This document shows, piece after piece, positions 18,285 through 26,401 of a stretch of 40,000 bases of DNA. The position numbers and the translations under genes were made by a program. Under the pieces are notes generated by a model. That model saw nothing but the letters and a program-made list of their open reading frames with translations. It did no database searches and was not told the DNA's origin. The number at the start of each line of letters is the position of its first letter. Position 1 is the first letter of the stretch. This DNA is from Pseudomonas phage IR-QUMS-PaBa1-GHS-2021, in the sequence record OP599913.1; one strand, written 5' to 3'.

Positions 18285-18298
18285 GGAGACGTCGTCCC

Positions 18299-18865
18299 AT
18301 GTTACTGTTCAATGTGAAGGAGATGGCGAATGGTATCCTCATGCCATCTGAATTGTCTCGGGTAGAACGGGAGACCATTATTAAGGACTTGATTGAAACG
18401 GCCTTGAGTATCTTCAATAACCCTTCTTTGTGCGACGGGATCCTGGATGACCTGTTGGAGCATTACGAGTTTAACGTAGGGATACTGAATACCGACCGTA
18501 TCGTTCTGGATCTCGTAAAGGTCATTAAACACACCACCCGTAAGCTGGGGTGGGACAGTCGTTTGAAGGCGAAGGTGGAGTTCAAGCAGGTCGGGAGTGG
18601 GTATCATAAAGCCCGTATTGTAATGGACTTGGATGAAACCCTCCAAGCATTGTCTTCGAATGTAACAGAACCGGTTCGTCTCAACGACGTTATTAGTGAC
18701 CATCCAGAAGTCGAGATGCTCAATGAAATCATTTCACTACGATCTAGCAAAGCCCCAAGGAGAGTTCCGGTACTACCAGATCGACGTCCAGTGGTTGTTA
18801 AAGGAAATCAGGAGTCAGGTTGGGTACCTGGTTACCGGGAGCATTACCGGAAAATCGGTTACTGA
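18299..18865 (+). CDS. conserved hypothetical phage protein, possibly structural
   Basis: 188 aa, MLLFNVKEMANGILMPSEL; AAGGAGACGTCGTCCC-ATG. Confidence 0.6.
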   Translation: MLLFNVKEMANGILMPSELSRVERETIIKDLIETALSIFNNPSLCDGILDDLLEHYEFNVGILNTDRIVLDLVKVIKHTTRKLGWDSRLKAKVEFKQVGSGYHKARIVMDLDETLQALSSNVTEPVRLNDVISDHPEVEMLNEIISLRSSKAPRRVPVLPDRRPVVVKGNQESGWVPGYREHYRKIGY

Positions 18866-19154
18866 ACATTACGACGAAGTAGCCTTAGGGGTCCTACAGA
18901 AAGCCATTGATGAGTGTTTAGTCTTTAACCGCGGCTTTGAGTTGGAAGAGTCTCCTAACGTCTTTCCCCGTAGGCAAGCGGACAAGTACCTGTTACCAGA
19001 CGATCGGAATGAGTTAGTGACTGACGCAGTGGCTCATTTAAGCCGTTTAATAACCCTCCACAGCCCCTATACCGCACTTAGTCACCCGGTGGTGTACCGG
19101 GTGCTGCCGAATGGCAATCTCTTAGTTGGGATCGATAAGAGGGATTTATTATGA
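18723..19154 (+). CDS. hypothetical protein overlapping the upstream gene
   Basis: MKSFHYDLAKPQGEFRYYQ...; start uncertain (18696 or 18723). Confidence 0.5.
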   Translation: MKSFHYDLAKPQGEFRYYQIDVQWLLKEIRSQVGYLVTGSITGKSVTEHYDEVALGVLQKAIDECLVFNRGFELEESPNVFPRRQADKYLLPDDRNELVTDAVAHLSRLITLHSPYTALSHPVVYRVLPNGNLLVGIDKRDLL

Positions 19155-19510
19155 TTACGAAAACCATTCCCCTCGCGTTGGTGAACCGTTGTTTTACGAA
19201 CGCTGGCTTAAAGCCTGAGCAGACCTATTCGGTGATAGCGACCCTGGTACATATCTGGCGAATGAATGATCATAACGAGGGAATGACCCGAGAGTTGATT
19301 TTCAATGAATTGGAATTGGATGAACTGACCGCTCAAACCCTGTGGAACACTCTTCAACAGCCATTACTGGCGATTAGTCAGCAAATTCGTGAGTTAGCAC
19401 TGGCTGGGCGATTGGTTAGCTGGAAAGTTCTCCCCCTCACCATTATCTTGGAGATAGAAGATGAAAACCTTGTCCCACTCAGTACCTATACCCCCGTTGA
19501 CCGATCATAA
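19151..19510 (+). CDS. hypothetical protein
   Basis: 119-aa ORF, 4-nt overlap with the upstream stop. Confidence 0.55.
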   Translation: MITKTIPLALVNRCFTNAGLKPEQTYSVIATLVHIWRMNDHNEGMTRELIFNELELDELTAQTLWNTLQQPLLAISQQIRELALAGRLVSWKVLPLTIILEIEDENLVPLSTYTPVDRS

Positions 19511-19784
19511 GGAATTCCTGGGGGCGTATAAAGCGTTGTTGAACGCCTTACAGATCCAAGAGAACATTCCCTTCCCGCTGTCAGCAGGCTTTACGCATCC
19601 GATTGAAAAAGAGAACCAGGCACTCACCACACGTTTCTTTCACGATAAGAGCCTGTTCCAACAACTCAAGTTGAACCATCCTTTGCTTCGGTTACTGGAA
19701 GTGAGGGTCCACAACCACATGGCCACCTTTATTTTCGGTTACCCAGAGATCGGTCAAGATGAAAAAGCGTTTCCTCCGAGTTGA
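19461..19784 (+). CDS. hypothetical protein
   Basis: 107-aa ORF, GGAGATAGAAG-ATG, overlaps neighbours. Confidence 0.5.
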   Translation: MKTLSHSVPIPPLTDHKEFLGAYKALLNALQIQENIPFPLSAGFTHPIEKENQALTTRFFHDKSLFQQLKLNHPLLRLLEVRVHNHMATFIFGYPEIGQDEKAFPPS

Positions 19785-20139
19785 TTATGAGCGGATAGCT
19801 GAATACGTGTTAGACCGTTCGTTGAAAACTGACGACCTGCTGGTGGATACACCATCGAATGTCATTGACCTGTACCTCACCCACGCCTTACTTGCTCGTC
19901 ATTTAAAGCGCTTGGAAACCGCCCTCCAACCATTCAATAGGAACGGTGAACAGGGTTCTCCCCTGGAGATCGAGGGCGAAGACGATGACCCCCAACTGAC
20001 CGAAGTGTTGTTTTCCGATCAAGGGGAAGACATCGTCCACACCTTCCAGGTGAGCTTACGACCGCGTGCAGTGGTTCACCTTCAGGGTAGAGTCATTGTG
20101 TTACCCCTGATCAAAATAGAAGTGCTTACACGAGGTTAA
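19759..20139 (+). CDS. hypothetical protein
   Basis: 126-aa ORF in a tightly packed block. Confidence 0.5.
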   Translation: MKKRFLRVDYERIAEYVLDRSLKTDDLLVDTPSNVIDLYLTHALLARHLKRLETALQPFNRNGEQGSPLEIEGEDDDPQLTEVLFSDQGEDIVHTFQVSLRPRAVVHLQGRVIVLPLIKIEVLTRG

Positions 20140-20140
20140 T

Positions 20141-20563
20141 ATGGCAGTTACTCCCAGACTCAATGACATTGTGGATTTCCAACTGGTACGTAATGGCATC
20201 CTTGGGGATGAACGGGTGGGGGTGTTGGTCATCTCAGCCTCTATGACGTACCAAGCGGCTAAGGCCATGGATCCTCAGATCAATGTAAAACACAGTAACC
20301 TGTTTCAATACTTCCAGAATAAAGTGGGTGGGGTGGACGATCCTTCCAAGTATCCGTACTTCGCGGTACAGCTCACCAATGGGCAATTTGAGGTCATTGG
20401 GATTCCTTGGGTGAACGATGCGACCTTTAAGACTATCGAAGGGCGTATTCGGACCTACACGATCACCAATTACCAGGAATCCATGGCGGGCCCTATCGCC
20501 AACATGCTGCGTAACCTGGGTGCGAGTTATACCGTGCATGACACCACCACGACCAAGAATTAA
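20141..20563 (+). CDS. conserved hypothetical, possibly virion protein
   Basis: 140 aa, CGAGGTTAAT-ATG; followed by terminator. Confidence 0.6.
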   Translation: MAVTPRLNDIVDFQLVRNGILGDERVGVLVISASMTYQAAKAMDPQINVKHSNLFQYFQNKVGGVDDPSKYPYFAVQLTNGQFEVIGIPWVNDATFKTIEGRIRTYTITNYQESMAGPIANMLRNLGASYTVHDTTTTKN

Positions 20564-20567
20564 TTCA

Positions 20568-20603
20568 CTACCACATCCTCTATTTAAACGGGGGATGTGG
20601 TAG
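20568..20603 (+). terminator. intrinsic terminator
   Basis: 11-bp stem CTACCACATCC / GGATGTGGTAG followed by AACCTTATTTTTTC. Confidence 0.8.
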
Positions 20604-20664
20604 AACCTTTATTTTTTCGTCCCGTGTCTTTTTTAATAGACGTTTTGAACAGAGAGAAAGTCGT

Positions 20665-22767
20665 ATGAATGTTCCAGCGACTCAAGAGACTGAACCTTAT
20701 CAGTCACCCTTTATAGAGAAAACGTATGTAAGTAATCGTAACTTCCTGAAAGCGTACCACTACTTAGCGGCCCGTTACCTCTCCATTGTGTACGGGTGGG
20801 ACTATGAGAACCTGCTAGAGATTTGTGAGAAGGTCTTCGTACCGAACGAGAATGGGTTCAAAGAAGCCAAGTTCGGGGTCTTTAAGAAAGACAAGTACGG
20901 AGACCGTGTCCCGACGGTAATGGGAACCCGGGAGTTCTTTAACGCGGTCCGAGAGAACAACTGGCACCTCTCCCCATCCTTGGTCGCGTATACCAATACA
21001 GAGGAAGAACAATCTGTTAACGCGGCGGGCACCGAAGAGTTTATTGAGTTCCGTCGGTTGTACAAAGGTAAGAAACAAGCCGCTAAAGACGTTGGGGACG
21101 AGGAAGCGGAGAAGGCGTTCCATGAAATTCAGAATGCCTTAAAGATCTTTAATAATTCTCAATCCGGCGGGATGTCGTCATCCGGTACCCCTTTGTTCAA
21201 TAAGTCCGGTCATACGACACTCACCAGCACCTGCCGAGCCCTCACCAGTACGGCTAACCTGATCAATGAACGGTTAATTACCGGTAACCGCTTGTTGTTA
21301 ACCTACAACAAGACAATGGAACTGTTCGTCAGCCAACTCCAGTTCGCCGACCGTGATTTAATCCAAACGGTGATTGATGAGTACGGGATGGCGTACGCTA
21401 CGGTCGATCAGGTCATGGACATGGTGAGACGGTGTACCGCGTACTACTGGGATAACCCTGTTAAACTCAGGGCTATTGAACAGTTCTTGAGGGATCTCAC
21501 CCCCTTAGAACTGACCATTATCCTCTGTACCCAGGATTTGAGAGGGCTGTATACCACCAACCCAGACCTGACGAAACGGTTCTTTAAGGAATGGTGCGAT
21601 ATCCCAGAGCTTCCGGAAGGGGTTAAGGAAGAGGATCATCCTAAACCCTTGAATGGGGATTATTACATCCTGTGTTTAACCAAGCTCGGGGAAAAGTCCA
21701 GTAAAGCCCAAATCAACTTCTTGAATGGTTATCACTTGGAGGTTGAGAAACGCTGGGGGAACTTCATTAGTGCGTTCCTCAAATCTTCTATCCCTCCCAC
21801 CGACATTTACAGCGTCAAAGAGTTGGTTCGTGAAAACGTAATGACCTCTGATACAGACGCCTGTATTTACAGTGTGGATCAACTGATTCAAGAGTTCTCG
21901 ACTGACCCTACGGTTTCGTTGAGGTTCAATGGCGTTCTAACCTTCTTCATCCGCAACATTGCGATCGACCAGCATGCTAAACTCAGTCGCAACATGAATG
22001 TGGCTAAGAAGTACGAGCGTCGGTTGAATATGAAGAATGAGTACTTGTATGCGTCGTATGTGACGACCTCCATGTCGAAACACTACTTCGCGTTGCAACT
22101 CATGGTGGAAGGGGTCTTGAATAAGAAACCGAAGTTGGATTTGAAGGGGGTTCACTTACGAGGGGTTAAGATTGCGGAATTGGTGAGGAAGTTCACCGGG
22201 AAACTCATGCGGAAAATCTTGGATGCATTGTACACCCGTGAGAAGCTGGATGCACCTAAGATTTTGAGGGAGGTGGCTGACATCGAGCGTCAGTTGTTTG
22301 CCAACCTGGAAGAAGGAGGTTGGGCGTGGTTAACGATTGAAGGGGTCAAGGACCCATCAGCCTATACAGACCCAGAGAGTAACGAACGGTACATCAACCA
22401 TTTGTTCTGGGACGAAGTATTGGCTCCTAAGTATGGGGATACCCCCCCATTCCCGTATAAGGCCTACAAGATCAACCTGACCTTAACCGGTAAGAAGAAA
22501 CTGGAGGACTTCTTTAACAGCATCGAGGATCCGAATTATAAAGCCCTGTTGGTGGATAACCTTAAAGGACGAGATAAGCTGAGTTCCATCTATATCCCTA
22601 CCGATCAGATAGATCAAATGGGTGGAATCCCTAAAGAGTTTATCCCGTTTATTGACAAACGCCGAATCGTTAGTCATAACCTAAAATCCATTTATGCGAT
22701 TCTAGAAGCGTTAGGACTCTTTATCTTAAATGCTAAGGTAACGAGGCTGGTTTCTGATGAACATTGA
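20665..22767 (+). CDS. divergent family B DNA polymerase-like protein (palm/thumb part, phiKZ type)
   Basis: 700 aa; motif B-like QNALKIFNNSQSG (K160-G168) versus K-x3-NSxYG, and motif C-like MTSDTDACIYSVDQ (D396-D398) versus DTDS. No obvious 3'-5' exonuclease motifs or DxxSLYP motif A. Confidence 0.65.
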   Translation: MNVPATQETEPYQSPFIEKTYVSNRNFLKAYHYLAARYLSIVYGWDYENLLEICEKVFVPNENGFKEAKFGVFKKDKYGDRVPTVMGTREFFNAVRENNWHLSPSLVAYTNTEEEQSVNAAGTEEFIEFRRLYKGKKQAAKDVGDEEAEKAFHEIQNALKIFNNSQSGGMSSSGTPLFNKSGHTTLTSTCRALTSTANLINERLITGNRLLLTYNKTMELFVSQLQFADRDLIQTVIDEYGMAYATVDQVMDMVRRCTAYYWDNPVKLRAIEQFLRDLTPLELTIILCTQDLRGLYTTNPDLTKRFFKEWCDIPELPEGVKEEDHPKPLNGDYYILCLTKLGEKSSKAQINFLNGYHLEVEKRWGNFISAFLKSSIPPTDIYSVKELVRENVMTSDTDACIYSVDQLIQEFSTDPTVSLRFNGVLTFFIRNIAIDQHAKLSRNMNVAKKYERRLNMKNEYLYASYVTTSMSKHYFALQLMVEGVLNKKPKLDLKGVHLRGVKIAELVRKFTGKLMRKILDALYTREKLDAPKILREVADIERQLFANLEEGGWAWLTIEGVKDPSAYTDPESNERYINHLFWDEVLAPKYGDTPPFPYKAYKINLTLTGKKKLEDFFNSIEDPNYKALLVDNLKGRDKLSSIYIPTDQIDQMGGIPKEFIPFIDKRRIVSHNLKSIYAILEALGLFILNAKVTRLVSDEH

Positions 22768-22812
22768 GGGTGGGTTTACGCTCAGAAACGAGGCGAATCA
22801 ATAACACTGACA

Positions 22813-22850
22813 TACCGAGAGAGGAGGCCCTAAGCCTGCCTCTCTCGGTA
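22813..22850. terminator. intrinsic terminator between convergent genes
   Basis: 12-bp stem TACCGAGAGAGG / CCTCTCTCGGTA with nested AGGC/GCCT, followed by GTTTTTATTTAACTTTTT. Confidence 0.85.
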
Positions 22851-22922
22851 GTTTTTATTTAACTTTTTCAATAAGCTTATTGGGTAAGTCAATTTCTTGA
22901 CCTCCCACAAGATGGCAGCGTA

Positions 22923-24023
22923 CTATTTCTTGAGGTTAATACGGTTTAGTGTATTCAACTCGTCTGCCAGTTCCAAGAACCATCCTTTGAAGTACGATTC
23001 AGGGATACGTTGGTAGTTATTCACCCGTTTCAAATGACTTCGTTCCACCACACTGTTAATGTCAGCCGCGGGGTAATTCCCGTGGTTGCAAATACTCAAG
23101 TAGATGGAATACAGCTTCATTAAAGCCGGTTCCCAAACCCAACTGGTTTGCGTAAACAACGCATTCTTACCCGCCGGAATGTAGTTGAAGTAGGGCTGTT
23201 TATAAATCGACTCAAGGGTAACGAGGAGATGTTCCAGGTTAAAGAGCCTACGCCCTGTTAACGCCTCTCCCAGGAAAGTCAGGTAGAGGTCCATTAGCCG
23301 TTGTTCACTGACCGTATTAAACACCACTTTGTCCGAGTTCATCACACTCTTCAGTGGCTGTTGGTGAACGAAGTGGTCGTAGAGGGTGTTAATGACCGTA
23401 AGTTGATTGTGAATCAACTGGGCGTTGGCTAAAGGGATCTGAGCAACAAATGCCCGTATACCCGTATCCCGCTCGTAGTCCATTTGCTGGTACGCCCACC
23501 ACGCAACAGCCAGCTCCACCAAGTCCACACCTATAATGGCCAGGTCATTGATCTGTCCGTTAACCGTCTTATCTCGGTTCAGAGGGTGGGAATAACTTCG
23601 TTCGGTAACGGTGGAACACAACGGTACCACAGGACACATGGATACAAAGTCAATAGGAGCACTGTATTGCTTGGTATTCTCAATCAGACACCAGTGTTCA
23701 CGTACACTGTTCCGGTAGAACCCATTCGTGATTGCTTTACCCACATGACCCAACGAGGTAATATTAAACAACGTACATAATGAATACGCCCGGAACCTCG
23801 TATAACTGACCACGTAGGAGAGATCCCAATCCTTATTGATGCTTAACTGTTGAAGTAATCCTACCAGGACGTGTTCGTTCTCAGTATGGAACGGCTGTGC
23901 CCTGACGTAGTGGAAAAAGGCTTTACGGTTAAACGCTGTTTGCCGTTGCAGGTTACCCAAGTCACCGAACCGTAACCGGGGATAAACCGTGTTAGACGGT
24001 TTAGGGAATGACAAGGTTAGCAT
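22923..24023 (-). CDS. hypothetical protein
   Basis: 366 aa from MLTLSFPKPSNTVYPRLRF; ATG preceded by GGAAAAATACTCAC. Confidence 0.6.
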   Translation of the reverse strand: MLTLSFPKPSNTVYPRLRFGDLGNLQRQTAFNRKAFFHYVRAQPFHTENEHVLVGLLQQLSINKDWDLSYVVSYTRFRAYSLCTLFNITSLGHVGKAITNGFYRNSVREHWCLIENTKQYSAPIDFVSMCPVVPLCSTVTERSYSHPLNRDKTVNGQINDLAIIGVDLVELAVAWWAYQQMDYERDTGIRAFVAQIPLANAQLIHNQLTVINTLYDHFVHQQPLKSVMNSDKVVFNTVSEQRLMDLYLTFLGEALTGRRLFNLEHLLVTLESIYKQPYFNYIPAGKNALFTQTSWVWEPALMKLYSIYLSICNHGNYPAADINSVVERSHLKRVNNYQRIPESYFKGWFLELADELNTLNRINLKK

Positions 24024-24301
24024 GTGAGTATTTTTCCAGTGATGAACTATTATATAGCACACCACGGTCTCCCGGTTCGTCCGGGAGTCGTTGGAGTGCA
24101 ATTTCGAAAATGGTATGAGTTTGAACAAGTACCTATAGCATTTCAGCCTAAAAAGCCGGAATGTCACCAGGTGCTAGAATTTTTCAAACCCATATTACCA
24201 GTGTGAATCGCCACAAGGATATTTGTGTGTGTAGGCAAACACTACGCGATTCCGCTATAGCGAAGCAAACCCTTTCTTAAGAAAACGATGGAGTTTACCC
24301 C

Positions 24302-26314
24302 ATGGCTGTGAATAAAGGTCGTTCGTCCGAATCCACCACTCAGAACTCTTCCTGGACTGATGAAGAAGCCGGCGACAACGGTTTGAGCGCCAGCGTACGT
24401 CAAGACACCACCGGTCTGTCGGGCCTCTTCAGCCTGACCTCGATGACTTCGGACAACCGCAATATGGTGGAAGTCTCCGAAGTCGCCAAGATCCTCAAGG
24501 AACGTTTCACCCGTATTGCAGAGGCTACCACTCCGGAAGCTCAGCGCAACATCGTTCCGAACGTGGATGAAATGACCGCCGGCATCTCCAGCATCCTCCC
24601 GGGCCTGGTACTGCACAAAGTCATCAACAACAAACTCTGGGTAATGGGCGTCCTGTTCTCCAACAAGGACCTGACCATTTCCTCGGAGCCGATCCGTATC
24701 AACACCCTCAACGGTATCCAACAGCAAATCTCGGTGCCGCTGACCCCGACCAACTACGCCAACGAAGCGGTCATGAAGAACCTGGTGTCTTACTACACCC
24801 GTGTGGCGGAACAGCAAGGCGCGAAAGGGGTTGAAGTCATCAACATGGTCGTGGTTGACCTGGAGATGCTGAACCACCCGGAAGCCGGCGATCCCAAGGA
24901 CCGTTCGGCCAAGCTGGCGGGTTACCTCACCAACCAGTGGGAAACCGGTGTTCTGGTCCGTGCGACCATCGAGATCGCCAGCGCTGGCGTTCCACTGCCG
25001 TCTCCGTTCGCGGATCCGAAGCATCCCTTCGGTAAAGACGGTTGTGCGGAAGCGCGGGTTACTGCCATCCAGGAACGTGTTACCAAGGCGTTCACCCTGA
25101 GCGCTGCGAACATGGAAGTGGTGGCGGCTACCATCAGCGACCTCAACCGTAGTGGTGGTGTCTCTTCCCAGAACAACAGCAAGGAGATCGCACGCGCTAC
25201 GGCTATCGTCAGCCTGGCAGGTATCACCATGCAGGCTCACCAAGCCAACCTGGCTGCCAGCCGCGGTGCCGCTCAGCACAATGACCTGATCAATCAGTTC
25301 CTGAACCTGACCGGTGGTGTTTACCCGCACGGCTACCGTCCGCTGCATCCGGTGATCACCATGGAAACCGCGTACGCCGGTGAGATGATGAACTTCAACC
25401 AGGGTCTGTTCCCGTTCTTCTTCGGGCTGTACCTGCTGATGACCACCAACACCGACTACGTCTTCTCTGAAGCACTGCGTAAGGTGAGTGTGGGTCAACG
25501 GGGTAACTTGAGTGCACTGGAACCGCGTATCGACAGTCTGCTGGGTGGTGTGAACCCGCCGAACCGTCTGAAACTGAATGACAAAAACATCACGGATATC
25601 GATGTTGTTAACCAATGGATTCGTCAGAACGTTTCGCAACACGCGATCTTCCGTTCGAACATCGTCCTGAACGGTCCGGATTCCGCGATCAACAACTTCC
25701 TCAGCCGGCTGAGCCAGCAAAACCGTTCTAAGGAAGTGGGGATTGTGGTATCGGTGATCGATGCGATGACCAAGAACAAGTTCTCTCAGATCATCGAGCA
25801 GAACCGTTCGGCACGCACCGGTTGGACCCCGGAAAAACCGGTTCTGCACCGCACCCCGATCCTGGTGGTCAACGGCTTGGCTGAAGCGCCCAATGGTAAG
25901 AAACTGAATACCTTGGAAGTGGATGAAATGCTGCTGGGTCACTACAAAGGTGCGAACGGTGCTCAGGCGATGATGAACTACCTGGCAGTCATGTACGGTG
26001 TTACCAACGAAGACCCCAAAGCTCGTTGCCAGAAACTCAACCTGGAGCTGAACCAATCGCTGTTCAACGGCGCGGTTCACATCAACAGCTACTCGCAAGC
26101 GGCGGTCTGGGACCCGAACTTCATGGCGGCCCTGGCGCAAGCTATGGAAAGCCTGGGTAGCATGAACGCAGCGAACTCCGCGGCCAGCTTCCGTCCGAAT
26201 CAGGCTGTTTATGTACCGGGTGCAGGTCTGGCTACTACCGCCTTTGCAGGTGGTAGTTCCCTGTCCAACCCGAACCTCATGAACGCCTTCCTGGGTGGTT
26301 TTGCGTTCGGCTGA
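24302..26314 (+). CDS. chmA: probable chimallin/phage nucleus shell protein (phiKZ gp54 / 201phi2-1 gp105-like)
   Basis: 670 aa, GGAGTTTACCC-ATG. Its position immediately before the RNAP beta' gene matches remembered order of chimallin and phiKZ gp55 / 201phi2-1 gp107. Strongly biased G/C-ending codons suggest high expression. No diagnostic motif; called by synteny. Confidence 0.6.
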   Translation: MAVNKGRSSESTTQNSSWTDEEAGDNGLSASVRQDTTGLSGLFSLTSMTSDNRNMVEVSEVAKILKERFTRIAEATTPEAQRNIVPNVDEMTAGISSILPGLVLHKVINNKLWVMGVLFSNKDLTISSEPIRINTLNGIQQQISVPLTPTNYANEAVMKNLVSYYTRVAEQQGAKGVEVINMVVVDLEMLNHPEAGDPKDRSAKLAGYLTNQWETGVLVRATIEIASAGVPLPSPFADPKHPFGKDGCAEARVTAIQERVTKAFTLSAANMEVVAATISDLNRSGGVSSQNNSKEIARATAIVSLAGITMQAHQANLAASRGAAQHNDLINQFLNLTGGVYPHGYRPLHPVITMETAYAGEMMNFNQGLFPFFFGLYLLMTTNTDYVFSEALRKVSVGQRGNLSALEPRIDSLLGGVNPPNRLKLNDKNITDIDVVNQWIRQNVSQHAIFRSNIVLNGPDSAINNFLSRLSQQNRSKEVGIVVSVIDAMTKNKFSQIIEQNRSARTGWTPEKPVLHRTPILVVNGLAEAPNGKKLNTLEVDEMLLGHYKGANGAQAMMNYLAVMYGVTNEDPKARCQKLNLELNQSLFNGAVHINSYSQAAVWDPNFMAALAQAMESLGSMNAANSAASFRPNQAVYVPGAGLATTAFAGGSSLSNPNLMNAFLGGFAFG

Positions 26315-26336
26315 TACGAGAGTGTGCTGAAACAGT

Positions 26337-26370
26337 AAAGGTTAGGGGGCTTTCGGGCTCCCTAACCTTT
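26337..26370 (+). terminator. intrinsic terminator
   Basis: 11-bp stem AAAGGTTAGGG / CCCTAACCTTT followed by ATT. Confidence 0.75.
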
Positions 26371-26401
26371 ATTCCGCTTTTGTCTTTTTGGAGTTTATTC
26401 G

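Noticed and set aside
24242-26140. 632-aa minus-strand ORF antisense to the chimallin candidate
   Set aside because: Very Arg/Val/His-rich, no recognisable motif, fully overlapped by a plus-strand ORF with a good RBS, plausible codon bias and flanking terminator.
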